A stretch of 64,000 nucleotides of DNA. Origin: an uncultured Gemmataceae bacterium (GTDB taxonomy: Bacteria > Planctomycetota > Planctomycetia > Gemmatales > Gemmataceae). The translations under genes were made by a program, and so were the position numbers. The notes under the pieces were generated by a model, which ran no database searches, was not told the DNA's origin, and saw nothing but the letters and a program-made list of their open reading frames with translations. The stretch spans positions 768,001 through 832,000 of the forward strand of contig CAVVPN010000004.1 in assembly GCA_963750165.1 (NCBI GenBank), read 5' to 3'. Below, piece after piece: positions 41,620-51,676 of the stretch (the stretch's first letter is position 1; each line of letters starts with the position of its first letter).

Positions 41620-42204
41620 CTACGGAGTGTGCTCGGTCAAGGTGCTTTCAATCCGCCGGTCGGGAATGAGCCACATCACCGCGACGACCACATACAGGCC
41701 ACAGGCCAGATAAGCGTGGACGAACGCCAGCGGGACAGCCGCGGCGTAGATGAGTAGCGACACCTTGCCCTTGACGTCGCCGCCAACGGCCCGTGCCAGC
41801 ACCGAGTCTCTGCCGTGCTGCGCGATCAGGGCACGGGTGAGCAGGTAATACGCGCAGCCCGAGAGCAGCAGCACCGTGCCGTAGGCGGCCACCGGCCACG
41901 CGGCGAAGTCGGTTACGCCCATCCAGTGCGTGACGAACGGCGTCAGCGACAGCCAGAACAGCAGGTGCAGATTCGCCCACAGGACGCGGCCGTTGACCCG
42001 CCGCGCCGCCTGAAAAAGGTGATGGTGGTTGTTCCAGTAGATGCCGATGAAGACGAAGCTGAGCACGTAACTCAGCAGCGCCGGCACCAGCGGCGTCAGC
42101 GCGTCGAGGTCCGCCTCGCGCGGGGCCTTCAGGTCCAGGACCATGATGGTAATGATGATCGCCAGGACGCCGTCACTGAACGCTTCGAGCCGTCCCGAGC
42201 TCAT
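41620..42204 (-). CDS. TMEM175 family (DUF1211) K+ channel
   Basis: RLEAFSDGVLAIIITIMVL and YWNNHH motifs; six TMs. Confidence 0.92.
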   Translation of the reverse strand: MSSGRLEAFSDGVLAIIITIMVLDLKAPREADLDALTPLVPALLSYVLSFVFIGIYWNNHHHLFQAARRVNGRVLWANLHLLFWLSLTPFVTHWMGVTDFAAWPVAAYGTVLLLSGCAYYLLTRALIAQHGRDSVLARAVGGDVKGKVSLLIYAAAVPLAFVHAYLACGLYVVVAVMWLIPDRRIESTLTEHTP

Positions 42205-42870
42205 CCCAGCACCGTTTTTTTCATGATTGAGTCCTTCATCGGGGTCCTGGACTTCACTGACTAACTCGCCTGGTATTCTGTCGATCCTGTCCACGACCAC
42301 CCCCGACGTGCTGTGCATGTCCTGATAGACACGAGTCTCGAGAGGTAGGTGGGTCATGTCCACCCGAACGATGCCCCAGTTTGGATCATTGAACTTATTT
42401 TTCTGGCTGAGTATCTTCAACCACCATTCAGCGCTGTCGTTCTCCTCGCCGACGTGTGTCAGTTTTTCGCAGACGTGGATGACCCCCTTCGTGTCTGGGT
42501 AGTTTGAAGCCTGTCGCTCAGCGTTGCTCGGTAGCAAACCCTCCTTGCGAATAGTCGGGATCAGGCAGGACCGAGTCGCATGGTAAGCGACAGTCAATGT
42601 CCTTGACAGGATCGGAGCCACAGCGAAGGTTGGGTAAGTCTTGTCCCGACCCGTCGTGACGAAGAGCCAACCTATCGCGTCAAGTTCCTTCCGCAGTTGC
42701 TTGACAACCGATGCAAGGTCGAAGTGCGGATTGTAATCGACCATCATGCAGTGGTGGCCGCAGAGCTCATCGTTGCCTATGCGGATGCAGGCCGGTCCTA
42801 AAAGTCGCCGTACAAGCTTGTAGGCATCCAAAGCGATGTGCTTCGTCCAGAAGGCGAAAGCGTCATCCAT
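42205..42870 (-). CDS. Putative ADP-ribosyltransferase-fold (Tpt1/KptA-like) domain, lower GC, in frame with TMEM175
   Basis: AYHAT...I.KEGLLP...VIHV...IVRVD...GVVV...IP mirrors Tpt1 LYHGT...I..EGL.P...VHLS...IL.ID...GV.L...VP. Confidence 0.6.
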
Positions 42871-42900
42871 TCGGCGCACCTCTCACCAAATCGCCACGAT

Positions 42901-43128
42901 TCACTTGCTTGGTTTCTCTTCGTAAACGACAGCGTCTTCCCAGTCCTCTGGATCGAGATTCGCCAACCCCGGATACATGAGCCGGGCGTCGTCTTCATCG
43001 AGCAGATCCTTGAAGCGGTCGTAAACCTCCCGGCGGACCAGGACGTATTCGGTTCGCGTCTCAGGGTCGATGGCGACTGGTTCGGGGGAACCCAATTCCT
43101 GGCGTTGTTGTTCAGTCAGTTCGAACAT
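42901..43128 (-). CDS. Putative antitoxin (small acidic protein), followed by a MazF-like stub
   Basis: AAGGAG SD; MFELTEQQ...DPET.TEYVLV..E.Y; GTGA overlap with the stub MNRGDLV. Confidence 0.7.
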   Translation of the reverse strand: MFELTEQQRQELGSPEPVAIDPETRTEYVLVRREVYDRFKDLLDEDDARLMYPGLANLDPEDWEDAVVYEEKPSK

Positions 43129-43310
43129 TGGTTTCTCCTTTGGCGGCATTTTACCTGCCTTCCACCTCGTTCAACAAGTTTTTCCCGGTGGACTTTCCTG
43201 CTCGCCTTCTGAAGCCCGTTACGGCTGCTGGCTGCAACCGCGACAACCCCGTAAAATCCGCGTATCGACGTGCCACCCTCCCAGGTCTCCGTGCGGGAAG
43301 GACATTGACC

Positions 43311-46300
43311 ATGACGTTGCGTGCGCTGTTGCGTGGCTGGCTGTTGCTGGCCGCGCTCGCCCTGGCCCTGCTCCCAATCACCCCCCCCCGGGCCTGGGCG
43401 GACGATGAAGAGGAAAAACTCAGCAAGGATCCGACGCCCTTCAACCGGCTGAAGTATCGCAACATCGGCCCCTACGCCGGTGGCCGTGTTTGTCGCTCCG
43501 TCGGCGTCCCGAACAATCCGCTGGTCTATTACACCGCGACCGCGTCCGGCGGCGTCTGGAAGAGCACCGACGCCGGCATCACCTGGAAGCCCATCTTCGA
43601 CGACCAGCCGACCGCCACCGCCGGCAGCATCGCCGTGGCCCCGAGCGACTCGAACGTCGTTTACGTCGGTTCCGGCGAGGCCAACATCCGCGGCGACGTG
43701 GCCGAGGGCAACGGCATCTACCGCTCCACCAACGGCGGCAAATCGTGGGAGCATGTCTGGAAGCAGCGCGGCCAGGTCGGCCACATGATCGTGCATCCGA
43801 AGAACCCGAACGTTGCTTTTGCGGCGGTGCTCGGCCGGCCATTCGGGCCCAATCCCGAGCGCGGCGTCTACCGCACCACCAACGGCGGCAAGAACTGGAA
43901 GCAGGTGCTCAGCAAGGACGCCGACACCGGCGCCATCGACGTGTGCTTCGACCCGACCAACCCGCGCATCCTGTTCGCGGCGTTGTGGCAGGCGCGGCGC
44001 TATCCGTGGGCGTTCTCCAGCGGCGGCCCCGGCAGCGGACTCTACCGCTCCGAGGACAGTGGCGACACCTGGAAGCAACTCAAGGGCAAGGGCCTGCCGG
44101 ACGGCATCTGGGGCCGCGTTGGCGTCGCGGTGGCGCCGAGCAACGGCCAGCGCGTCTATGCGCTCATCGAGGCCGACAAGGGCGGCCTGTACCGCTCCGA
44201 CGACGGCGGCGATTCGTGGTCGCTCGTCAACGGCGAGCACGCATTGCGTGTGCGGCCCTGGTACTTCTCCACAGTCCACGTTGATCCGCGCAACCCAGAT
44301 GTGGTGTACTGTCCCAACCTGGGCCTGCTGAAAAGCAGCGACGGCGGCAAAAAATTCAAGCGCGTCAAGGGGCCGCACCACGGCGACCATCACGATCTGT
44401 GGATCGACCCGACCAATCCGAAGCGCATGATCGACAGCAACGACGGCGGCGTGGACATCACCACCAACGGCGGCGCCACCTGGTTCTGGCCGCCAATGCC
44501 GATCAGCCAGTTCTATCATGTCAACGCGGACAATCGGACGCCGTACCACATCATGGGCAACATGCAGGACCTCGGCACCGCGGCGGGACCGAGCAACAGT
44601 CTGAATACCGCCGGCATCCAGCTGTGCGACTGGTACGGCGTCGGTGGCGGCGAAACCGGCTTCAGCGTGCCGGACCCGGACAACCCGAACGTCGTCTACG
44701 CCGGCGAGTACGGCGGCGCCCTGACGCGCTTCGACCTGCGCACGCGCCAGGCCCGCAACGTCAGCGCCTACCCCTACAACGGTTCGGGCCACGGCGCGGA
44801 GCAGCTGAAGGTGCGCTTTCAGTGGACGGCCCCGGCGATGATCTCCAGTCACGATAAATCGGTGTACCACGGCGCCAACGTGCTGTTCCGCAGCAGCGAC
44901 GGCGGCAAAACCTGGAAGGCGATCAGCCCCGACCTGACGCGCGACGACAGGAGCAAGCAAAAATTCTCCGGCGGCCCCATCACTGGCGACAACACCGGCG
45001 CCGAGATGTACTGCACCATTTTCGCCCTCGCGGAGTCGCCGAAACAGGCGGGCGTGCTGTGGGCCGGCAGCGACGACGGCCTCGTCCACGTCAGCCGCGA
45101 CGGCGGCAAGAGCTGGGATAATGTCACAAAAAACATCCCGAAGATGCCGAACTGGGGCACCGTCGCCTGCATTGAGGCGTCGCCCTTCGACGCCAGCACC
45201 GCGTACGTCGTCGTGGACAACCACCGCATGGATGACCTTACGCCCTACCTCTACAAGACGACCGACCACGGCAAGACCTGGCAGAACCTCAGCGGCAAGA
45301 TGGACCGCGCGGTATACCTGCACGCCGTCCGCGAGGATCCGACGAGCAAGGGACTGCTGTTCGTGGGCACGGAGCGCGGCGTGCTGTTCTCGCCGGACGA
45401 CGGCGCCACCTGGCTGCCGTTCAAACTGAACATGCCCACCGTCGCCGTCCACGACCTGCACGTCAAGCACAACGACCTGGTCGTCGGCACGCACGGCCGC
45501 TCGCTGTGGATCTTCGACAACCTGACGCCCGTGCGGCAGCTGCGGAAATTACTGACGAAACCGGAGAAGGACTATCCGGAGGTTATTTGGTTCAAGGACG
45601 ACCTGGCCGCCGCGATCCGCTGGCGTTATCATGCACCGATCTACTCGACGGAGGACCGCCACGCCGCGCCGAACCCGCCGAAGGGCGCCGTCCTGCACTA
45701 CTACCTGAAGAAGCCAGCGAAGGAACTGACGCTCGACGTGCTCGACGCCAAGGGCCAGCTGGTGCGGCAGTTCACGAGCAAGAAATCCTCGCCGTCCGAG
45801 CCGACACCGGCGGCGGACCTGGAGCCGTCGGAGGACGACCCCGACGCCGGCGAGTCCTACAAGCCGGTGAAGCTCTCGGTCAAGGCGGGACTGCATCGCG
45901 TTGTGTGGGACCTGCAGTACGAGGGGGCGAAGCTGATCCCTGGCGCGAAGATCGACAACGGCAACCCGCGCGTCGGGCCGCTGGCCAACCCCGGCAAATA
46001 CACGCTGCGGCTCAAGGTGGACGGCAAGGAATTCCCGGCCGCGACCGTTGAAGTGCTGCTCGACCCACGGACCAAGGTGTCCGCGAAAGACTTCGCCGAA
46101 CAGCTGGAACTCGCGCTGAAGGTGCGCGACGACATCAGCCGTGTGACCGCGCTGGTCAAGGCGCTGCGCTCCGTCAAGAAGCAGATCGAGCGCCGCGCCG
46201 CACTGCTGCGCGACGAGCCCAAGGCCAGGTCGCTGCTCAAGCAGGGCAAGGCGCTGGTGGAGAAAATCGACAAGTTGGAGGAGCAGTTGCACAACCCGCG

Positions 46301-46568
46301 GGCCAAGGTCGCTTATGACATCCTGGCGCAGAAGGGCGGCGCCAAACTGTACTCGCAACTGGCCAACACGCTGGAGAACCTCAAGGACGCCGATGGCGCC
46401 CCGACGCAGGGCGTGCGCGAGGTGTACGCCGACTTCGCGCGCGAGCTGCGGCAGCTGGATGCGGAGGTGCGCAAGTTGTTCGCCGGGCCGCTGGCGGAGC
46501 TGAACGACGCGGCGCGCAAGGGCGACTTGCCGACGCTGGTGGTGCCGAAGCTGCCGCCGGCGCCGTGA
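43311..46568 (+). CDS. Exported VPS10/BNR (Asp-box) repeat glycosyl hydrolase-like protein
   Basis: Signal peptide; many S/T-x-D/N-G-G-x-T/S-W Asp boxes; HGDHH. Confidence 0.88.
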   Translation: MTLRALLRGWLLLAALALALLPITPPRAWADDEEEKLSKDPTPFNRLKYRNIGPYAGGRVCRSVGVPNNPLVYYTATASGGVWKSTDAGITWKPIFDDQPTATAGSIAVAPSDSNVVYVGSGEANIRGDVAEGNGIYRSTNGGKSWEHVWKQRGQVGHMIVHPKNPNVAFAAVLGRPFGPNPERGVYRTTNGGKNWKQVLSKDADTGAIDVCFDPTNPRILFAALWQARRYPWAFSSGGPGSGLYRSEDSGDTWKQLKGKGLPDGIWGRVGVAVAPSNGQRVYALIEADKGGLYRSDDGGDSWSLVNGEHALRVRPWYFSTVHVDPRNPDVVYCPNLGLLKSSDGGKKFKRVKGPHHGDHHDLWIDPTNPKRMIDSNDGGVDITTNGGATWFWPPMPISQFYHVNADNRTPYHIMGNMQDLGTAAGPSNSLNTAGIQLCDWYGVGGGETGFSVPDPDNPNVVYAGEYGGALTRFDLRTRQARNVSAYPYNGSGHGAEQLKVRFQWTAPAMISSHDKSVYHGANVLFRSSDGGKTWKAISPDLTRDDRSKQKFSGGPITGDNTGAEMYCTIFALAESPKQAGVLWAGSDDGLVHVSRDGGKSWDNVTKNIPKMPNWGTVACIEASPFDASTAYVVVDNHRMDDLTPYLYKTTDHGKTWQNLSGKMDRAVYLHAVREDPTSKGLLFVGTERGVLFSPDDGATWLPFKLNMPTVAVHDLHVKHNDLVVGTHGRSLWIFDNLTPVRQLRKLLTKPEKDYPEVIWFKDDLAAAIRWRYHAPIYSTEDRHAAPNPPKGAVLHYYLKKPAKELTLDVLDAKGQLVRQFTSKKSSPSEPTPAADLEPSEDDPDAGESYKPVKLSVKAGLHRVVWDLQYEGAKLIPGAKIDNGNPRVGPLANPGKYTLRLKVDGKEFPAATVEVLLDPRTKVSAKDFAEQLELALKVRDDISRVTALVKALRSVKKQIERRAALLRDEPKARSLLKQGKALVEKIDKLEEQLHNPRAKVAYDILAQKGGAKLYSQLANTLENLKDADGAPTQGVREVYADFARELRQLDAEVRKLFAGPLAELNDAARKGDLPTLVVPKLPPAP

Positions 46569-46676
46569 ATATCGGAAAGCACTGTGAACACTTCCGGGGA
46601 AATCGTCCGGCGCGGGCCATCACGTCGGCCTTGCCGCTTGTGAAGCGCAGGTAAGATGCCAAGAAAGGAGGTCACG

Positions 46677-46928
46677 ATGATCGAACTGACCGAACAACAA
46701 GTGCAAGCCATTGCCGCTGCCGGAACAATACCGCCCGTCGTCGTGGGCCCGAAGACGTAGACCCCTTACGTTCTGCTGCGCCAGGACATTTACGAACGGC
46801 TGAAGGAAAAAGGGTACGATGACTGCCCCTGGACGGACGAGGAGATGGAACTGCTGGCCTGGGAGGCTGGTAAGCAAGCCGGGTGGGAGGACATGGACGA
46901 CTACGACCATTACCCGAAGAAGCGATGA
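46677..46928 (+). pseudogene. Antitoxin paralog with an in-frame TAG at 46758
   Basis: AAGGAGG SD; MIELTEQQ...PKT*TPYVLLRQDIYERL aligns to 42901-43128. Confidence 0.75.
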
Positions 46929-46966
46929 ACCGTGGCGACGTGCTCCTGGCGCGTTTTCCTCACCCC
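46925..46966 (+). pseudogene. N-terminal stub of a PemK/MazF toxin
   Basis: ATGA overlap; MNRGDVLLARFPHP, then breaks at a GCGGTTCGCAG repeat end. Confidence 0.7.
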
Positions 46967-47056
46967 GCGGTTCGCAGTCGCGTGGGCCACGAACGGCAAG
47001 GCCGGCGCTCCCGAGCCGTCCTGCCAGCGGCGCGCACCGCCCAGGGAGGCCGAATC

Positions 47057-47211
47057 TCGACGTATGAAAAAGTTGGCGTTCTTGGCGTCCTTGGCGTCCT
47101 TGCTGTGGCAACCGCCGCCGTTGGTTGTCGAGCGGTGCCAGCCGCACGGAGCCAGGGCGCCGCATCTCGACGTGCGAAAACGTTGGCTCCCTTGGCTCCC
47201 TTGGCTCCCTT
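47057..47211. repeat. Direct repeat units ATCTCGACGT..GAAAA.GTTGGC with 9-mer tandem tails
   Basis: (CTTGGCGTC)n and (TTGGCTCCC)x3; related to 3248-3290. Confidence 0.75.
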
Positions 47212-47488
47212 GCTGCGACAGAAAAGGCCGCGGATGGTCAAGTCGTGCCCGTCGTCCCACCCCCGTGCGCGATCCGCGCGAATGGTGCCCCGGCTGCCGC
47301 CGGCGCCGGGAGCGTTCACCGGAGCGAACCCTCCAGCCCTGCCGGTGGTTTGACCTTGCCCCCGCCGCCGGTTTACAATTCAGCTACTTGTCCATGACCG
47401 GCGTGACCCGTTCCATGAGCCCTGCGACCGCAACTACACGTCAACCAGTCGCCCTGCGTTCGAGCTCTTCACCCGAAAGAAGGCCCCC

Positions 47489-48967
47489 ATGTGGACGAAA
47501 CAGGCCCTGAACGACCTGATCCGCGACAAGCTGGCCGACTACAAGCTGATCGCCGTCGCCAACCGTGAGCCGTACATCCACCGCCACGACGGCAGCCGCA
47601 TCGCCTGCTTGCAGCCGGCCAGCGGCATGGCCACCGCCCTCGACCCGGTCATGCGCGCCTGCGGCGGCACCTGGGTGGCGCACGGCAGCGGCGACGCCGA
47701 CCGCCAGACCGTGGACGCCCACGACCGCGTCGCCGTGCCCCCCGACGACCCGCGCTACACCCTGCGCCGCGTCTGGCTGAGCCGCGAGCAGGAGGCCGGC
47801 TACTACTACGGCCTGGCCAACGAGGGCCTGTGGCCGCTGTGCCACGTCGCCTACACGCGCCCCATGTTTGACCCCGACCACTGGAAGGTCTACCGCCAGG
47901 TCAACGAGCACTTCGCCCGCGCGGTTCTGGAGGAGGCCGGCTCCCGGCCGACCTTCGTGTTCATCCAGGACTACCACTTCGGCCTGCTGCCGCGGCTGCT
48001 CAAACAGGCCAACCCCAACCTGGTCGTGGCCCAGTTCTGGCACATCCCCTGGCCCAACCGCGAGGTCGTGCGCACCTTCCCCTGGAAGGACGAGCTGCTC
48101 GATGGCCTGCTCGGCAACGACCTGCTCGGCTTCCACCTGCGCTACCATTGTCAGAACTTCCTGGAGACGGTGGACCGGGCCTTCGAAGCCAAGGTGGACC
48201 AGGAGCGCTCCGAGGTGGCGCGCGGCGGCAAGACGACGCTGGTGCGGCCCTTCCCCATCAGCATCGACTTCGACCAGCACTGTGCCACGGCGCTGAGCCC
48301 GACGGTGACGGCGCGCATGGCAGCGTGGCGCGAGGAACTGCGGTTGGACGGCCAGATCGTGGGCGTTGGCATCGACCGGCTCGACTACACCAAGGGCATC
48401 CCGGATCGCCTGCACGGCCTGAACCTCTTCCTGGAACAGCACCCGGACTACCGCGGCCGGCTGGTGTTCGTGCAGGTCGGCGTGCCGACGCGCTCGCACC
48501 TGCCGCAGTACCGGGCGGTCGAGGACGAGGTAGACCGCCTGGTGGAGCAGGTCAACTGGCGCTGGGGCACCGACAACTGGCAGCCGGTGGTGTTCCTGAA
48601 ACGGCACCACGACCAGCCGGACCTGATGGCCCTGCACCGGCTGGCGCACTTCTGCGTCGTCAGCTCGCTGCACGACGGCATGAACCTGGTGGGCAAGGAG
48701 TACGTCTCCAGCCGCACCGATGAGGACGGCGTGTTGATCCTGAGTCAGTTCACCGGGGCGGCCCGCGAGATGCCTGACGCCCTGCTGGTGAACCCGTACG
48801 CCGTGGAGGAAATCGCGGCGGCCGTCGGGCGGGCCGTCGAGATGCCCGCGGCGGAGCGGCACAAGCGCATGCGCAAACTGCGCCAGGCGGTCGCGGACAA
48901 CAACGTCTACCGCTGGGCCGGCAAGATCATTTCGGCACTGCTGCGGTTCGATTTCCCGGAGGGCTGC
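47489..48967 (+). CDS. otsA: Trehalose-6-phosphate synthase (GT20); natural stop not seen, frame reads on to 49225
   Basis: LWPLCH, QDYH, FWHIPWP, DRLDYTKGI and DGMNLVGKEY motifs. Confidence 0.92.
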
Positions 48968-48984
48968 GGGGCCGGGTCGGGGGC

Positions 48985-49238
48985 GCTTTGCGCGGTTCTT
49001 GTCGAGGATCGCCACCAGGATGAGCGCGAAGGCGAAGAGGCGCACCCAGTACAGGGCGTCGCCGCGCTCCCCCGCCGGCTTGAGCAGCGCCAGCGCGAAG
49101 CGGTTGACGGCGAGGACGACAAAGGCGACGGCGAAGAAGGCGAACAGCCGGTCGCGCGTGTTGCGCGCAGAAGCGCAGGAAGAACAGCCCGGCCACGGCG
49201 AACCCCATGCCGATCGCGCCCATGATGACCTGATGCAC
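48985..49238 (-). CDS. DUF5985-like small membrane protein (frameshift at about 49165; stop not seen)
   Basis: AGLFFLRF...RDRLFAFFA...YWVRLFAFALILVAILDKNR. Confidence 0.7.
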
Positions 49239-49271
49239 CGCTCGCCTCCGAATCCCGCGCCGTCGCGGCGC

Positions 49272-49529
49272 TCACCGGACCTCCCAGACCAGGCCGAACA
49301 GCAACAGCGCCACCCCGAACAGGCCGGCGGCCAGGTGGAACGCCGACAGGTCCACCTCGGGAACCATGACCAGGTCCACGAACAGCAGCAGGTTGTCCAG
49401 GGTCAGCGCCAAAAAGCAGAGGCCGCACCACAGCAGCAGCCGCAGCCCGCGGCGGCGGTAGCCGCGCAACAGGAGCGAGCCGCACACCAGCGCGGTCGCC
49501 GCACAGAGGAGGTATACGAAGCCTTCCAC
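49272..49529 (-). CDS. DUF5985-like small membrane protein
   Basis: VYLLCAATALVC..LL.RGY...RLLLW..LCF...N.LLFVD. Confidence 0.75.
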   Translation of the reverse strand: MEGFVYLLCAATALVCGSLLLRGYRRRGLRLLLWCGLCFLALTLDNLLLFVDLVMVPEVDLSAFHLAAGLFGVALLLFGLVWEVR

Positions 49530-49530
49530 C

Positions 49531-49908
49531 TCAGCCGTCCTTTTTCAATCGGAACGCATCGGCGAACGCCTGCAGCGCCGGGTTGGCGCGGGCGTACACC
49601 ATGCGGATCATGGTCACCGGGCGTTCGTTGTACATCTGCAGCAGGCGCTCCAGCAGGGCCGCCAGTTCCGGCGTGGCCGCGCCGTACCGGTACAGCGGCT
49701 CGGGGCCCCCGACGAGCAAGAGTCCGCGCTCCTTCAAGGTGGCCAGGTGCGGCCCGAGTCCCGCGGATGCCTGGACGAGTCCGGCGAGGTCCGCCACCGC
49801 CCAGAGCCGCCCCCGGTCCCCCGCCAGGATGCGCAGGATTTCCAGCTGTTCGACCGACCCGATGTTCGCGTTCAGGAATCGCTCGACATCTTCCGGAAAC
49901 GCTTCCAC
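49531..49908 (-). CDS. Conserved hypothetical winged-helix-like protein
   Basis: GGAG SD plus GTG start; SVEQLEIL and AFADAFRL motifs; first gene of a three-gene unit with the DUF5985 pair. Confidence 0.7.
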   Translation of the reverse strand: MEAFPEDVERFLNANIGSVEQLEILRILAGDRGRLWAVADLAGLVQASAGLGPHLATLKERGLLLVGGPEPLYRYGAATPELAALLERLLQMYNERPVTMIRMVYARANPALQAFADAFRLKKDG

Positions 49909-50127
49909 AAATAATCTCCGGCTCGCGGTAGGGGTCCGCCTGCACCGCCCGGGCTGGCTGGCACACGCGCCGCGGTTGGCGCGAGGCATCGCGAGGAAAG
50001 GTTGCAACTTCAGGGCCATTGTAGAGCGAAAATCCTCAATCCGATAGGCGCCCTGGGTGGCGCGCGCCGACCAAAAACCATACACTGACAGCAAACCTCC
50101 CCAACTGTTTTCGCAGGAGATGCACCA

Positions 50128-51438
50128 ATGCGAGGCAAGCCGTTGCTATCCCTGGTACTGCTGGCGCTGCTGGCCGGCGGCGTGCGGGCGCAGGACAAGA
50201 CGTACGAGATCACCGTCACCGCCGGCAAACACGATTACAAGAACGTGCCCGTGGTCGTGCCGCTCAGCGTGCCGAAGAACCTGGCCTTCACCAAGCATGT
50301 GATGCTGACCCGGCCGGCCGGAGCCCAGTTGCCCGGCCAACTGACCGCTCCCGGTCTGACCACCGAACACCTCAAGCCGAAGGGCGACGGCCTGGTGCGG
50401 TTGGACCTGCACTTCCTCCTCCCCGAACTCAAGGCCGGCGACGCCACGACCTTGACTCTGAATCTCTACCGGAAGAAGTTCGGCATGCCGGCCTTCAGCT
50501 ATCTCTGGCAGGACACCCTCGGCCAGCACGCCGATCTGTACTATGGGCGTACCCCTGAGGGTGGGAATACGGGAGAAAAGACCCCCGTGGTGCGTTACAT
50601 GTACAAGGCCCTCGACGAGTCGAGCAAGGACGCCCGCGATGCGACGTACAAGCCGTTCCATCACCTCTTCAACCCGGAGGGCACGCGCGTTGTGACCAAT
50701 GGCGGCCCGAAGGGACTGTATCCGCACCACCGCGGTTTTTACTTCGCGTTCAACAAGTGCAGCTACGACGGCGGCAAGAAAAAGGCGGACGTGTGGCACT
50801 GCACCGGCGACGCCTACCAGTCGCACGACGGCTTTGTCCGCCAGGAGGGCGGGAACGTCCTGGGCCGCCACCGCGTGCTGGTCGGCTGGCACGGGCCGAA
50901 GAAGGAGAAGTTCGCCGAGGAGGAGCGTGAGGTCACGGTCTACGAAATGCCCGGCGGCACGCTGGTGGAGTTCGCGGCGCGTGTGAAAACGCTGGTCGGC
51001 CCGGTGCGGCTGGACGGCGACCCGCAGCACGCCGGCTTCCACTTCCGCGCTGCCAACGACGTCGCCGAGAAGACCGCCAAGCAGACCTACTACGTCCGCC
51101 CCGACGGCAAGGGCAAGCCGGACGAGACGCGCAACTGGGACCCCAAGACGAAGAAGGGGCCGGTTGATCTGCCCTGGGACGTGCTGTGCTTTGTGCTGGA
51201 CGGCAAGCGCTACAGCGTCGAGTACCTGAACAGTCCGAGCAACCCGAAGCAGTCGCGTTTCAGCGAACGCAACTACGGCCGCTTCGGCTGCTACTTCGAG
51301 TACAATCTGACGAAGGACCGGCCGCTGCTGGTCGATTACCGCCTCTGGCTGCAAAACGGCGAAATGACCGTGCCGCAGGCGGTACAGCACTACACCAACT
51401 TCGCGACGCCGCCCAGCGTCACGGTCAAGGAGAAATAA
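50128..51438 (+). CDS. Exported PmoA-like (PF14100/DUF6807-type) beta-sandwich protein
   Basis: AGGAG SD; signal peptide; KPF.HL and PHHRG.YF motifs. Confidence 0.75.
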   Translation: MRGKPLLSLVLLALLAGGVRAQDKTYEITVTAGKHDYKNVPVVVPLSVPKNLAFTKHVMLTRPAGAQLPGQLTAPGLTTEHLKPKGDGLVRLDLHFLLPELKAGDATTLTLNLYRKKFGMPAFSYLWQDTLGQHADLYYGRTPEGGNTGEKTPVVRYMYKALDESSKDARDATYKPFHHLFNPEGTRVVTNGGPKGLYPHHRGFYFAFNKCSYDGGKKKADVWHCTGDAYQSHDGFVRQEGGNVLGRHRVLVGWHGPKKEKFAEEEREVTVYEMPGGTLVEFAARVKTLVGPVRLDGDPQHAGFHFRAANDVAEKTAKQTYYVRPDGKGKPDETRNWDPKTKKGPVDLPWDVLCFVLDGKRYSVEYLNSPSNPKQSRFSERNYGRFGCYFEYNLTKDRPLLVDYRLWLQNGEMTVPQAVQHYTNFATPPSVTVKEK

Positions 51439-51444
51439 TTCATC

Positions 51445-51523
51445 CACAGATGACACAGATGACACAGATGACACAGATGAAAACCAATTGCTTGTTTTAT
51501 CGGTGACATCTGTGTCATCTGTA
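51445..51523. repeat. (CACAGATGA)x4 with inverted partner
   Basis: Four exact 9-mers, then CATCTGTGTCATCTGT. Confidence 0.85.
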
Positions 51524-51676
51524 GATTCAATCCGTCCCGCCTCCCGTCTCGTCTTTTCTTCGGATGCCTGCGCGAACACCCGGCGCCTGTTACACAGATG
51601 TTACTTGCTGAAAATCGCGGCACCCCTCATGATGGCCGTCGTTGGCCAGAGTACGGACCCCTTCGAGGAGGCGACC

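Noticed and set aside
46758..46760. Pyrrolysine or stop-codon readthrough at the in-frame TAG
   Set aside because: No pyl genes are in view, TAG is used as a normal stop elsewhere, and the adjacent toxin is destroyed, so simple CAG->TAG decay is more likely.
50128..51438. Methane monooxygenase subunit PmoA
   Set aside because: This is a soluble exported protein without the TM helices of true PmoA, and there is no pmoB or pmoC; the family name is misleading.
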